Numbered from the stretch's first letter, positions 31,606 to 41,254 are shown. The stretch: DNA of 64,000 nucleotides from an uncultured Bacteroidales bacterium (GCA_945870315.1 CAMBRR010000001.1:13179-77178), one strand, 5' to 3'. Notes: generated by a model not told the origin, from the letters alone. Numbers and translations are program-made.

Positions 31606-32568
31606 ATGAATACATTACTTGTTTCACCTTCACCGCATCTGCACACTAAGACTTCCACTGCGAGTCTTATGCGTGATGTCGTGATTGCGCTCCTGCCGGC
31701 AGTGCTTGTGTCCGTTCTTTTCTACGGATGGTCAGAATTGCTTGTGCTAGGAGTAAGTGTCGCCTCCTGCGTCCTGCTGGAGTATCTCATAACCAAGTTT
31801 CTTCTCAAGGCGCCTTGCACGGTTGGTGACTGGTCTGCCGTCATTACCGGTATTCTGCTTGCCTTGAACCTTCCTGCATCGACTCCTTGGTGGGTTGTTT
31901 TTGTCGGAGCCGTTGTTGCGATTGGAGTTGCAAAGATGACTTTCGGTGGTCTTGGCCAGAACCTCTTCAACCCAGCCATTGCCGGCCGTGTATTCCTTTT
32001 GATTTCCTTCCCAACCTATATGACAGACTGGACAAGGACTAAGGGATTCATTTCCAGCAGTCTGGACGCATTTTCCGGAGCAACTCCTCTTGGACTCGTG
32101 AAGGAAGGCGGAGTGGCTGCCACAGAGTCAATGGACTATCTGAATATGCTTTTCCTCAATATCGGAGGATCAGCAGGTGAACTTTCTGCCATTGCACTGA
32201 CACTTGGATTCATATATCTGCTTGTTCGCAGGGTCATCAAACCTTGGATTACTCTTTCCATCCTGGGTACTGTTGCTGTTTTCAGCGCAATTTGTTGGGG
32301 AATCAATCCGGAACAGTTCACTGATCCTGTTTTCAACCTTTTGACCGGAGGCGTTCTTCTGGGTTCGATGTTTATGGCTACCGACTATGTTACTTCTCCA
32401 ATGAGCAACCTCGGTGGAGTTATCTTTGGTGTCGGCATAGGTCTTCTTACTATGCTCATCCGTTATTTCGGAGCATATCCTGAAGGAATGTCATTTGCAA
32501 TCCTCATAATGAACTCGACAGTTCCTCTTATCAATAAGTTCTGTCACGGTAAAAAATACGGGAGGTAG
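31606..32568 (+). CDS. rnfD: Rnf complex subunit D
   Basis: 320 aa polytopic membrane protein. SPHLH N-terminus and a SGATPL FMN-attachment region. Confidence 0.93.
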   Translation: MNTLLVSPSPHLHTKTSTASLMRDVVIALLPAVLVSVLFYGWSELLVLGVSVASCVLLEYLITKFLLKAPCTVGDWSAVITGILLALNLPASTPWWVVFVGAVVAIGVAKMTFGGLGQNLFNPAIAGRVFLLISFPTYMTDWTRTKGFISSSLDAFSGATPLGLVKEGGVAATESMDYLNMLFLNIGGSAGELSAIALTLGFIYLLVRRVIKPWITLSILGTVAVFSAICWGINPEQFTDPVFNLLTGGVLLGSMFMATDYVTSPMSNLGGVIFGVGIGLLTMLIRYFGAYPEGMSFAILIMNSTVPLINKFCHGKKYGR

Positions 32569-32572
32569 AATT

Positions 32573-33208
32573 ATGGCAGTGAAATCATCATTAAAGAATA
32601 TGACTTTGTGTCTTCTGCTCATCTGCTTCGTATGTTCAGGTCTTCTTGCAGGAGTTTATGCTTTGACTAAATCTCCTATCGAAGCAGCTGCAAAGGCAAA
32701 GAATGAAGCAGCCATAAAGGAAGTGCTTCCTGAATCGGCTTCACAAATCGAGCAGGAGCGTACGGTAACAGTAGCAGACAAGCAGTATTCCTATAATCTT
32801 GCATATGATGCTCAGGGCAATACTGTAGGCTGTGCAATCAATGTTTCAACTCTTGGCTTCGGTGGTCCGATTCTTATTAAAGTCGGCTTTGATTCCGAAG
32901 GTGTAATCTACAACACCAAGGTTCTTTCCCAGAGCGAGACTCCTGGCTTGGGAGCAAAATGCACTGAGCCTGGAGAGTCCGGATTCGCTTTCCAGTTCAA
33001 AGGCTGGGATCCTTCTGTCAAGAAACTTTCTGTCAAGAAGGATGGCGGTGACGTGAATGCCATCACGGCTTCAACCATCACTTCCAGAGCATATTCGGCA
33101 GGTCTTGCCACGGCTGTCGAGGTCTTCAGGGCCATTGCCCAGACCCCTATGCCACTTGACGATGCCATTTCTGACGAAGTTGAGAAATCTAACACTGAGG
33201 AGGAATAA
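32573..33208 (+). CDS. rnfG: Rnf complex subunit G (FMN-binding)
   Basis: 211 aa. One TM helix, SETPGLG, and the AITASTITSRA flavinylation motif. Confidence 0.9.
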   Translation: MAVKSSLKNMTLCLLLICFVCSGLLAGVYALTKSPIEAAAKAKNEAAIKEVLPESASQIEQERTVTVADKQYSYNLAYDAQGNTVGCAINVSTLGFGGPILIKVGFDSEGVIYNTKVLSQSETPGLGAKCTEPGESGFAFQFKGWDPSVKKLSVKKDGGDVNAITASTITSRAYSAGLATAVEVFRAIAQTPMPLDDAISDEVEKSNTEEE

Positions 33209-33210
33209 TT

Positions 33211-33795
33211 ATGGGAAAATTTCAACTTATAACAAAAGGCCTGATTAAGGAGAATCCGACATTTGTCCTCCTTCTTGGAATGTGTCCAACCCTGGCCACC
33301 ACGACATCTGCCATCAACGGAATGAGTATGGGACTTGCAACTTTGTTCGTACTTGTGCTTTCCAATATGGCAATTTCGCTTATTGCACCATATATTCCTG
33401 ACAAGGTCCGCATTCCTTCCTACATTGTTGTGATTGCCACTTTTGTGACTCTCCTTCAGTTCATTATGCAGGCATTTGTCCCGGATGTGTATGAAACTCT
33501 CGGCCTGTTCATCCCGCTGATTGTGGTAAACTGTATCGTTCTTGGACGCGCGGAGGCATTTGCCAACAAGAACAGCGTCATCGATTCAGCCTGTGACGGA
33601 CTTGGAATAGGACTCGGTTTCACCCTTTCCTTGACTGTTCTCGGTCTTGTGCGTGAAATCCTCGGAAGCGGCAGCGCATTCGGTTTCAAGTTCATTGCCG
33701 GTGATGGAATCCTCGCCTTTGTGCTTGCACCTGGAGCCTTCCTTGCGCTGGGCTATCTGATTGTATTGTTCAAGAAACTCACAGCTTCTAAATAA
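33211..33795 (+). CDS. rnfE: Rnf complex subunit E
   Basis: 194 aa. ENPTFVLLLGMCPTLA and IPLIVVNCIVLGRAEAFA. Confidence 0.93.
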   Translation: MGKFQLITKGLIKENPTFVLLLGMCPTLATTTSAINGMSMGLATLFVLVLSNMAISLIAPYIPDKVRIPSYIVVIATFVTLLQFIMQAFVPDVYETLGLFIPLIVVNCIVLGRAEAFANKNSVIDSACDGLGIGLGFTLSLTVLGLVREILGSGSAFGFKFIAGDGILAFVLAPGAFLALGYLIVLFKKLTASK

Positions 33796-34376
33796 TGGAA
33801 ATTATGGCAGAATTTGCAATTATATTCATATCAGCGATATTTGTAAACAATATCCTGTTGTCGCAGTTCCTCGGAGTTTGTCCGTTCCTGGGTGTTTCCA
33901 ACAAACTTTCCACTGCTACCGGAATGTCAATGGCGGTATGCTTTGTAATCACCCTCGCAACAGTTGTCACCTATCTGCTCAACATGCTTCTGGTGGCCCT
34001 GGGACTTGAGTTCCTGCAGACAATATCATTCATCCTTGTTATCGCCGCCTTGGTTCAGATGGTGGAAATCGTGCTCAAGAAAATCAGCCCGTCCCTTTAT
34101 GCTGCCCTGGGTATTTTCCTTCCGTTGATTACTACCAACTGTGCTGTCCTGGGTGTCGCTTTGACAGTGACCACCAAGGGTTTCAATCTTGGTGAAGCTA
34201 CCTGGTATGCTTTTGCGACTTCCCTCGGATTCGGCCTTGCAATGGTCCTTTTCGCCGGACTTCGCGAGCAACTTGCCCTGAACAATGTTCCTAAGGCTTT
34301 CAAGGGCATTCCTATTGCCCTCATTACTGCAAGTTTTCTTGCGATGGCCTTTATGGGATTCTCCGGTCTGGTGTAG
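33795..34376 (+). CDS. rnfA: Rnf complex subunit A
   Basis: 193 aa. NNILLSQFLGVCPFLGVS and LPLITTNCAVLGVAL. TAATG overlap with rnfE. Confidence 0.93.
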   Translation: MEIMAEFAIIFISAIFVNNILLSQFLGVCPFLGVSNKLSTATGMSMAVCFVITLATVVTYLLNMLLVALGLEFLQTISFILVIAALVQMVEIVLKKISPSLYAALGIFLPLITTNCAVLGVALTVTTKGFNLGEATWYAFATSLGFGLAMVLFAGLREQLALNNVPKAFKGIPIALITASFLAMAFMGFSGLV

Positions 34377-34378
34377 AT

Positions 34379-34585
34379 ATGTGCCAGTCCAATAATGCTG
34401 AAACCCTCCTGCAAAGCGGCTTTTCGCTTATGCGGGAGGGTTCTTTCGGTCCTGCCATCAATGCCTTCAGGCAGGCTGCCGAGTCTCCGGATGCCAGTGA
34501 GCAGGTCAGAGCGAAGGCTCTTTCTGCCATAGGAGTCATCGAGGATATCAACGGTTTCGTCAACAAGGACCTGATGAATCCGTAA
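34379..34585 (+). CDS. Small hypothetical protein (68 aa, single TPR-like helix pair) directly after rnfA
   Basis: ATG 2 nt after the rnfA stop. The sequence LLQSGFSLMREGSFGPAINAFRQAAESPD resembles one TPR unit. I recognise no family, and an 80-aa antisense ORF overlaps it. Confidence 0.35.
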   Translation: MCQSNNAETLLQSGFSLMREGSFGPAINAFRQAAESPDASEQVRAKALSAIGVIEDINGFVNKDLMNP

Positions 34586-34603
34586 ATCGGCAAGTTATTT
34601 TAT

Positions 34604-35608
34604 TTACAATCTGCGGGCTGCCAAGAGGCGATATGAGCCACTGTAGGAGTCCGGTCTTCCCGGAATCAGGGAGTTGATTCTTACAAGGTGGGAAGAATGA
34701 ATCATTTTTCCATTTCCAAGATACATTCCAACATGAGTCACTCCTGCGGTTCCGTCTTCGCGAAACTTTCCGAAAAACAGGAGATCTCCCCTTTGGAGGT
34801 TCTTGATTCTTTTCTGCATCTCCAGGACATATTCTTCGCTCTCAGAGGAATGCTTGTCTTCTTCCCAAAACGAGGTGTCAATTTCCATTTCTACAGCACT
34901 TCCGCATTTGATTTGCTGAGATGCATTCCTCGGGAGAAGCACTCCGTTCATAAGATATGACCACCTTACAAGACCGCTGCAGTCAAAGCCTTTGGGGGTC
35001 ATACCGCCCCACAGGTACGGAACCCCTACGACTTCCATAGCACGCTGCAGGACCTGTTCGGTCTGAGGAGTCAGAAGGCTGAACTCATCACCTTGTCCCA
35101 TTGTAATCTTCCTGAATCCGTCAAACTGGCGTATGCTTTTGCTTTTGAGGTAGCCTTGCCTCCCGTCAGGAAGCATCACCCTTGTCCATTTCCCTTCTTT
35201 TTTTACAAGGCGGAGTATGTCGCCTCCTACCAGGTCGCATATGTTGGCGGCTTTGTCGGAGGCTTTGTCCTTAAGGTGGCCATACAGGTCGTTGAACATC
35301 ACCTTTTCTGCCTTTTTGTATGCTTTCAGAGCTTTTTCGTCCATTGGAACAAGGCCAAGGTCGGTGCACCAGGCCCTATAAGGCTGAGGACAATCAATCT
35401 GTTTCCAGTAGCCTTCTGATGCCACAATCTCCACTATGGTTCCCATCAGTTCCTGTGTCTCCAGCGGTGATTCGTAGTCTGCATCTGCGCGAAGATAGAT
35501 TGCAGACATACCTACAACAGCACTTTTCTCCTGTGGCTGTCCCGAAGCCAGAAACACTGCTCCTGAAACCATCAGAAGCAGTGTTGAAAATATCGATTTG
35601 ATATTCAT
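34604..35608 (-). CDS. NlpC/P60 (C40) cell-wall peptidase with N-terminal SH3b domains
   Basis: 334 aa. Signal peptide, two SH3b-like segments, catalytic GFDCSGLVRWSY, then HVGMYLGNGKMIHS. Confidence 0.88.
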   Translation of the reverse strand: MNIKSIFSTLLLMVSGAVFLASGQPQEKSAVVGMSAIYLRADADYESPLETQELMGTIVEIVASEGYWKQIDCPQPYRAWCTDLGLVPMDEKALKAYKKAEKVMFNDLYGHLKDKASDKAANICDLVGGDILRLVKKEGKWTRVMLPDGRQGYLKSKSIRQFDGFRKITMGQGDEFSLLTPQTEQVLQRAMEVVGVPYLWGGMTPKGFDCSGLVRWSYLMNGVLLPRNASQQIKCGSAVEMEIDTSFWEEDKHSSESEEYVLEMQKRIKNLQRGDLLFFGKFREDGTAGVTHVGMYLGNGKMIHSSHLVRINSLIPGRPDSYSGSYRLLAARRL

Positions 35609-35642
35609 ATATTTATTATTTGATAAGACTGTCCCGGCACCT

Positions 35643-37160
35643 TTAGATAAGGGCTTCTCCAGTCATAGCTGCTGGCTGAGGAATTCCCATCAGTTTGAGA
35701 ATGGTAGGAGCTACGTCAGCAAGCTTTCCGTCCTTGACAGATTCCACACCTGCGTTGATTACAATGAACTGAACGGTGTTGAGGGAGTGGGCTGTGTTAG
35801 GAGTACCATCGGAGTTGACGGCGTTGTCAGCATTTCCGTGGTCAGCAGTCAGAAGAACTACATAGTCATTTGCTATTGCCGCCTCAACTACCTTTTTCAC
35901 GCACTGGTCAACCTTTGCCACAGCAGAGCAGATTGCGCTGAAAACTCCTGTATGACCGACCATATCACCGTTGGCGAAGTTCAGGATGACCATATCTTCC
36001 TTTCCGGTATTGAGAACTTCAACGAGTTTCTCAGTTACCTCCGGAGCACTCATCTGAGGAAGAATGTCGTAGGTTGGAACCTTTGGTGAGTTCACAAGGA
36101 TACGGTCCTCGTTTTCAAATTTGTCTTCGCGACCACCATTGAAGAAGAAGGTCACATGAGCGTATTTCTCTGTCTCTGCAATACGAAGCTGGCGTTTTCC
36201 TGCCCTTGCAACGGTCTCACCGAGGGTGTCGCATACATTCTCCTTAGGGAAGAGGATGTGAACTCCTTCGAAGGCGGCATCGTATGGAGTCATACAGCAG
36301 TAGTAGAGCGGAAGAGTGTGCATTCCTTCCTGAGGCATATCCTGCTGTGTGAGGACTGCGGTGAGTTCGCGTGCGCGGTCGTTGCGGAAGTTGAAGAAGA
36401 TGACTGCGTCCCCTTCCTCGATTTTTCCGATAGCCTGTCCGTCAGTTCCAGTGATAACCGTAGGTTTGATGAACTCGTCTGTAACGCCTTCAGTATAAGA
36501 TGCTTCGATTGCCTCGGTTGCGCTGGTGGCCTTGATTCCTTCACCTGCTACGAGCATGTCATATGCTGCTTTTACGCGGTCCCACCTCTTGTCGCGGTCC
36601 ATTGCATAAAACCTTCCGCATACGGAAGCCACCTTACCGGTGCTCTTTGCCATTTCTGCTTCGAGGGCTTCTACAAAGCCTTTTCCGCTCTTTGGATCGC
36701 AGTCGCGGCCATCCATAAAGCAATGTACGAAAACGTCGCTCAGGCCATATTCCTTGGCAACATTGAGGAACTCATATACATGCTCAAGTGAACTGTGTAC
36801 TCCGCCCATTGATGCAAGTCCCATAAGGTGAAGCTTCTTGCCATTTGCCTTGGCATAGTCGTAGGCTGCTTTGATTTCGGCATTCTCAAGCAATTTGTGT
36901 TCGCGGCAGGCTATGTTGATCTTTACAAGATCTTGATATACAACCCTTCCTGCACCAAGGTTGAGGTGTCCTACCTCGGAATTACCCATCTGTCCGTCAG
37001 GCAGTCCGACATATTCGCCGCAAGCCTGGAGGTGACTGAAAGGATATTTTTCGCGAAGTGAATCAATAAAAGGAGCGCCCTGTGTGAAGATGGCATTGGT
37101 CCAGTCGTGTTTGCCCTCGCCCCATCCGTCGAGGATCATAAGAAGAACTTTTCTGTCCAT
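35643..37160 (-). CDS. gpmI: 2,3-bisphosphoglycerate-independent phosphoglycerate mutase
   Basis: Start taken at [14 protein letters not shown] (Met25 of the ORF-track product). [13 protein letters not shown] and ADHGNAD motifs. The start coordinate may be off by 1 nt (see rejected notes). Confidence 0.95.
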   Translation of the reverse strand: MDRKVLLMILDGWGEGKHDWTNAIFTQGAPFIDSLREKYPFSHLQACGEYVGLPDGQMGNSEVGHLNLGAGRVVYQDLVKINIACREHKLLENAEIKAAYDYAKANGKKLHLMGLASMGGVHSSLEHVYEFLNVAKEYGLSDVFVHCFMDGRDCDPKSGKGFVEALEAEMAKSTGKVASVCGRFYAMDRDKRWDRVKAAYDMLVAGEGIKATSATEAIEASYTEGVTDEFIKPTVITGTDGQAIGKIEEGDAVIFFNFRNDRARELTAVLTQQDMPQEGMHTLPLYYCCMTPYDAAFEGVHILFPKENVCDTLGETVARAGKRQLRIAETEKYAHVTFFFNGGREDKFENEDRILVNSPKVPTYDILPQMSAPEVTEKLVEVLNTGKEDMVILNFANGDMVGHTGVFSAICSAVAKVDQCVKKVVEAAIANDYVVLLTADHGNADNAVNSDGTPNTAHSLNTVQFIVINAGVESVKDGKLADVAPTILKLMGIPQPAAMTGEALI

Positions 37161-37273
37161 ATAATTTTGGTTTTGTTTCCTTTTAAAATATCCTGCAAAT
37201 ATATGAATTTTTAGATTCCTTAGCAAAACCATTTAGCCATCTTCATTTGTGTTTCGGATTTCACAAAAAAGAG

Positions 37274-37281
37274 TAAATTTG
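37274..37281 (+). promoter_or_regulatory. Candidate -7 promoter box TAAATTTG upstream of rnr
   Basis: Exact TAnnTTTG match 49 nt upstream of ATG 37330. A TTTG lies 24 nt further upstream (37246-37249), which is wider than the usual spacing. The box lies inside the GTG-started N-terminal extension of the ORF track, which argues against that extension. Confidence 0.45.
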
Positions 37282-37329
37282 CGGGATGTATTTGTTATCG
37301 GTCCCAGGGCCGGTCAATTGTTAAGATTT

Positions 37330-39720
37330 ATGGCACGAAAATCCAAAGGCAGAGGAAGGTCCCGTTCTGAAAAGAAAGTATTTCCTCAGATTGTAGGAAG
37401 AGTCCAGATGACTCGCGAAGGGTATATATTCGTTATCCCTGACGGGCAGGACGAAGATGATGTTTTTGTAAAGGCTTCCAAGACAAGGGGCGCGCTCAAT
37501 GGCGATACCGTCAAGGTCGCAGTAACGAGAGAGAAAACTCAGACACAAAGGAGAGAAGGAGAGGTGGTGGAAATCCTCCAGAGGTCCCCGAAGCCTTTTG
37601 TCGGTGTCCTCCATATCGTAGGTGAACAGGCCTGGGTGCTGATGCAAAGCAGGTTTATGCCTTATGACATCGTTATCCCGTTTGCGGAAACAGACAAGGT
37701 GCGGTTTCGTCGCCATTCCAAGGCTTCAAAAGGGCAGTCGTTAGCCCAGGAAGTTGACAAGACTGGTTTTCTGCAGCCTGCCGGAGAGGACGAGTTCATA
37801 ATAAAAGGGGTATATGAATATGACGAGGCTGAAGGAGTACGCAGGGAACTTCGCGCAAAGACAGGAATGAAAGTTGCGGCCGTGGTCGATCATTGGAACC
37901 GCAATGAAACCAATCCGGTCGGACATATTGTGGATGTACTCGGGGACCCGGGGGAAAATGATACCGAGATGCACGCCATCTTGGCCGAATATGCTCTTCC
38001 ATACAGGTTTGAAGCAGATGTGGCAACGGCGGCTGACAGTATTTCCGACGAAATAACACAGGAAGACATCTCTCAAAGGCGGGATTTCCGTGACATTCTG
38101 ACCTTCACGATAGATCCTGCAGATGCAAAGGACTTTGATGATGCCATATCTTTCCAGGCCCTGGAAAACGGCAATTATCAGGTCGGGGTACATATAGCAG
38201 ATGTAACTCATTATGTGACACCGGATTCCATAGTGGATAAGGAAGCAAGGTCAAGAGGTACGTCTGTCTATCTTGTTGACCGTACAGTCCCGATGCTTCC
38301 TGAAAAGCTTTCCAACAAGCTCTGCTCACTCCGTCCTGGAGAGGACAAACTCACCTTCTCGGCAGTCTTTGAACTGACTCCGCTTTGCAGAATAGTATCC
38401 GAGTGGTTCGGCAGGACTGTCATCAATTCTGACTATCGATTTGCTTATGAAACCGCCCAACAGATCATTGATGCCGGTCCAAAGGCGATGGATATGGAAC
38501 TGAGAGGAGGTACAGATGGTAAGCAGGCTTCAAGTGGCGAATCGGCTATGGGAGAGGGAATTACGCAAGGCCAGATAATACCGGACAATCTCAAGCGGGC
38601 AGTCCTCACCCTTCACAACCTCGCTACAAAACTGCGTAAGAAGAGGTTCTCTGCCGGGGCCATCAGCTTCGAGAGACCGGAAATGAAGGTTATTGTGGAT
38701 GAAAAAGGCCGTCCGGTGGATGTGTGTCAGAAAATATCCAAGGAAGCTAACTGGCTGATAGAGGAGTTTATGCTCCTTGCAAACAGGAGGGTAGCAGAAT
38801 TTGTCTCAACCAAATGCAAGGGCAAGACCTTCGTCTATCGTGTACACGATGAGCCTAACCAGGAAAAGGTCGAGAGTCTTCGCAAGTTCATTGGAAACTT
38901 CGGCTACAAGATGGGACCGACGAACAATGGGAAGGAAATATCAAAGGAATTGAACAACCTGTTCAATGAGGCCAAGGATACTCCTGAGTTCAATGCGATA
39001 GAGCTTCTCTCTCTCAGGACAATGGCGAAAGCCCGCTATACTACCGATAATATCGGTCACTATGGCCTGGCATTCAAATACTACACTCATTTCACCTCGC
39101 CTATCAGACGCTATCCGGATATGATGGTTCATCGTCTTCTCGCACGTTACCTGGCAGCAGGGGAGTCGGCTAACCGTCAGGTTTTCGAAAACCTTTGCAA
39201 GAGTTCCTCCGAAAGGGAAATTGTTGCCGCAGAGGCTGAGAGAGCCAGCATTAAATACAAGCTTGTGGAATTTATGCAGGATAAGGTGGGCTATGAGTTT
39301 GAGGGACATGTTTCCGGACTGACAGAGTGGGGAATGTATGTTGAGGTTGAGCCTACCAAGATTGAGGGTATGGTCGCCTTGAGAGATATACGTTCAGATT
39401 TCTTCGAATTCGATCCGGACCGTTATAGGCTGGTCGGAAGACGCACGCACGTGGTGTACAACCTCGGGGATCCTGTCAGAATCCGTGTCAAAAACACAAA
39501 CCTTGAGCAGAAACTCCTTGATTATGAACTTGTTGATACGGGTTCTGAAGATAGGGATGAAAGGCTCGATTATGAAAGTGGAAGAGGAACGTCTTTCCTT
39601 AAGGGCGAGGACGGCTCCTTTGACAATGTGACCGTAGGCATCAACAAGGCAGCCAGAAAGGAAAAAATTCGCAAAGCGATACGTGAATCTAAACGTAAAT
39701 CCAAAAAATCCAAGAAATAA
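37330..39720 (+). CDS. rnr: Ribonuclease R
   Basis: Start at MARKSKGRGRSR. Cold-shock-like N-terminal domains, RNB domain (TIDPADAKDFDDAIS, HYGLAFKYYTHFTSPIRRYPD), an S1 domain, and a Lys-rich tail. Confidence 0.95.
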   Translation: MARKSKGRGRSRSEKKVFPQIVGRVQMTREGYIFVIPDGQDEDDVFVKASKTRGALNGDTVKVAVTREKTQTQRREGEVVEILQRSPKPFVGVLHIVGEQAWVLMQSRFMPYDIVIPFAETDKVRFRRHSKASKGQSLAQEVDKTGFLQPAGEDEFIIKGVYEYDEAEGVRRELRAKTGMKVAAVVDHWNRNETNPVGHIVDVLGDPGENDTEMHAILAEYALPYRFEADVATAADSISDEITQEDISQRRDFRDILTFTIDPADAKDFDDAISFQALENGNYQVGVHIADVTHYVTPDSIVDKEARSRGTSVYLVDRTVPMLPEKLSNKLCSLRPGEDKLTFSAVFELTPLCRIVSEWFGRTVINSDYRFAYETAQQIIDAGPKAMDMELRGGTDGKQASSGESAMGEGITQGQIIPDNLKRAVLTLHNLATKLRKKRFSAGAISFERPEMKVIVDEKGRPVDVCQKISKEANWLIEEFMLLANRRVAEFVSTKCKGKTFVYRVHDEPNQEKVESLRKFIGNFGYKMGPTNNGKEISKELNNLFNEAKDTPEFNAIELLSLRTMAKARYTTDNIGHYGLAFKYYTHFTSPIRRYPDMMVHRLLARYLAAGESANRQVFENLCKSSSEREIVAAEAERASIKYKLVEFMQDKVGYEFEGHVSGLTEWGMYVEVEPTKIEGMVALRDIRSDFFEFDPDRYRLVGRRTHVVYNLGDPVRIRVKNTNLEQKLLDYELVDTGSEDRDERLDYESGRGTSFLKGEDGSFDNVTVGINKAARKEKIRKAIRESKRKSKKSKK

Positions 39721-40640
39721 TGTTTAAGACTTTCAAGTTCTGGAATGAACTGTTCATAATGATAATCGGTCTGATTGTAGGTGCAGCAGCCGTATATTAT
39801 TTCCTTGTACCCAGCAAGATTATCATTGGTACGGTATCAGGTCTTGCAATGGTACTCAACTCTTTGGTCCCATTTATCAAAGTGTCGCAATTTGTGCTGA
39901 TACTCAATGTTATACTTGTATTATTGGCCATATTCATAGTCGGAAAGGAATTCGGACTAAAGTCCATTCTGGCTTCGATTTTCCTCGGACCGGCAATGGA
40001 TCTGTGTGAAATAGTCTATCCCGTTTCCAAACTCATACCTCCCGGCCAGACCAGCGTGATGGGGGACCCTTGGTTCGACTTGTGTTGCTTTGTCCTTATG
40101 TTGAGCGCTTCACAGGCCTTCCTTTTCCGTATAAATGCTTCAACCGGGGGCCTGGACATCGTGGCGATGATAATGAATAAACTGATGCACATTGATATCG
40201 GTACTTGTGTTACAGTTGCGGGAATGGCAGTTTGCCTCACGGCATTCTTTATCCCGGAAAACACTTTCAGGATGGTTGTAATAGGAATTATCGGTACTTG
40301 GCTCAATGGTCTTGCAATCGATTATTTTATGTCCAGCCTGAACCGCCGCAAAAGGGTATGCATAGTTTCCTCAGACTATGAGAGAATAAGGAAGTTTATC
40401 ATTGATGAACTTGTACGCGGGTGTACCCTGTATGAAATCAAGGGTGGTTATTCTGGAGCTCCGGGTATTGAGATTCAGGCCCTTCTCACCCAACACGAAT
40501 ATGGCCGTCTTCTGGAATTCATCGAAAAGAATTCAATAAATGCGTTTATGACAGCAGGAAATTGCAGTGAAATCCACGGAAAGTGGTTCAAGCACGGATT
40601 TTCTCGTAATCACAAGGTAGTTGATGTTGAAATAAATTAA
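39720..40640 (+). CDS. YitT-family membrane protein with a C-terminal DUF2179 domain
   Basis: 306 aa. Five or six TM helices, a GGLDIV motif, and a soluble C-terminal domain. TAATG overlap with rnr. Confidence 0.85.
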   Translation: MFKTFKFWNELFIMIIGLIVGAAAVYYFLVPSKIIIGTVSGLAMVLNSLVPFIKVSQFVLILNVILVLLAIFIVGKEFGLKSILASIFLGPAMDLCEIVYPVSKLIPPGQTSVMGDPWFDLCCFVLMLSASQAFLFRINASTGGLDIVAMIMNKLMHIDIGTCVTVAGMAVCLTAFFIPENTFRMVVIGIIGTWLNGLAIDYFMSSLNRRKRVCIVSSDYERIRKFIIDELVRGCTLYEIKGGYSGAPGIEIQALLTQHEYGRLLEFIEKNSINAFMTAGNCSEIHGKWFKHGFSRNHKVVDVEIN

Positions 40641-40648
40641 AATAATTC

Positions 40649-40656
40649 TAAATTTG
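40649..40656 (+). promoter_or_regulatory. Candidate -7 promoter box TAAATTTG upstream of rubrerythrin
   Basis: Exact TAnnTTTG match 28 nt upstream of ATG 40685. Confidence 0.45.
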
Positions 40657-40684
40657 CAACCACTTTAATCAAATTGTAATAGTT

Positions 40685-41224
40685 ATGAAAACAAAGTATT
40701 CAGGAACTCAGACAGAACAGAATCTCCTCGCAGCATTTGCGGGTGAGTCTCAGGCACGCAACAAGTACACATATTTTGCTTCAAAGGCAAAGAAAGAAGG
40801 TTTTGAGCAAATCAGCGCTCTGTTCCTCAAGACAGCTGACAATGAGAAAGAACACGCAAAATTGTGGTTCAAGGAGCTTTGCGGCATAGGTGATACCGCA
40901 CAGAATCTTGCAGCAGCAGCTGAGGGAGAGAACTACGAGTGGACTGATATGTATGACGGCTTTGCCAAGACTGCGGAAGAGGAAGGTTTTCCGGAACTTG
41001 CTGCAAAATTCCGTATGGTTGCAGAAATCGAAAAGCACCACGAAGAGAGATATCGCGCGCTTTTGAAGAATGTTGAACTTGCAGAGGTTTTTGCAAAGAG
41101 CGAAGTTAAGGTTTGGGAATGCCGCAATTGCGGACACATCGTAGTTGGAACAGCAGCACCGGAAGTATGTCCAGTATGTGCTCATCCAAAGGCATATTTC
41201 GAGTTACACGCTGAGAACTACTAG
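40685..41224 (+). CDS. rbr: Rubrerythrin
   Basis: 179 aa. [22 protein letters not shown], two ExxH di-iron motifs ([16 protein letters not shown]), and a C-terminal rubredoxin-like CRNCG...CPVC. Confidence 0.93.
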   Translation: MKTKYSGTQTEQNLLAAFAGESQARNKYTYFASKAKKEGFEQISALFLKTADNEKEHAKLWFKELCGIGDTAQNLAAAAEGENYEWTDMYDGFAKTAEEEGFPELAAKFRMVAEIEKHHEERYRALLKNVELAEVFAKSEVKVWECRNCGHIVVGTAAPEVCPVCAHPKAYFELHAENY

Positions 41225-41254
41225 TATTCATTATAAGGAACTGCACAAAATAAT

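Noticed and set aside
37190-37210. When I hand-translated the minus strand here, I counted four A residues (gcaaaatatg). The ORF-track product IHIFAGYF needs five, which would put gpmI Met25 out of frame with the 37232 start.
   Set aside because: This is most likely my own miscount of a homopolymer. The ORF track was computed from the sequence and is internally consistent (1590 nt). It does not affect the gpmI call, only leaving a possible 1-nt uncertainty in my trimmed start.
37161-37329. N-terminal extensions in the ORF track: gpmI to 37232 and rnr from GTG 37249. Likewise serS from 42265, the OMP from 44208, lnt to 49012, LysE from 48941, PASTA from 49647, M23 from TTG 22504, tgt to 14273 and ilvE to 15315.
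   Set aside because: The family-typical N-termini start at internal Met codons. The extensions run through promoter boxes, a terminator hairpin (serS), or overlap the neighbouring gene. I therefore trimmed the starts.
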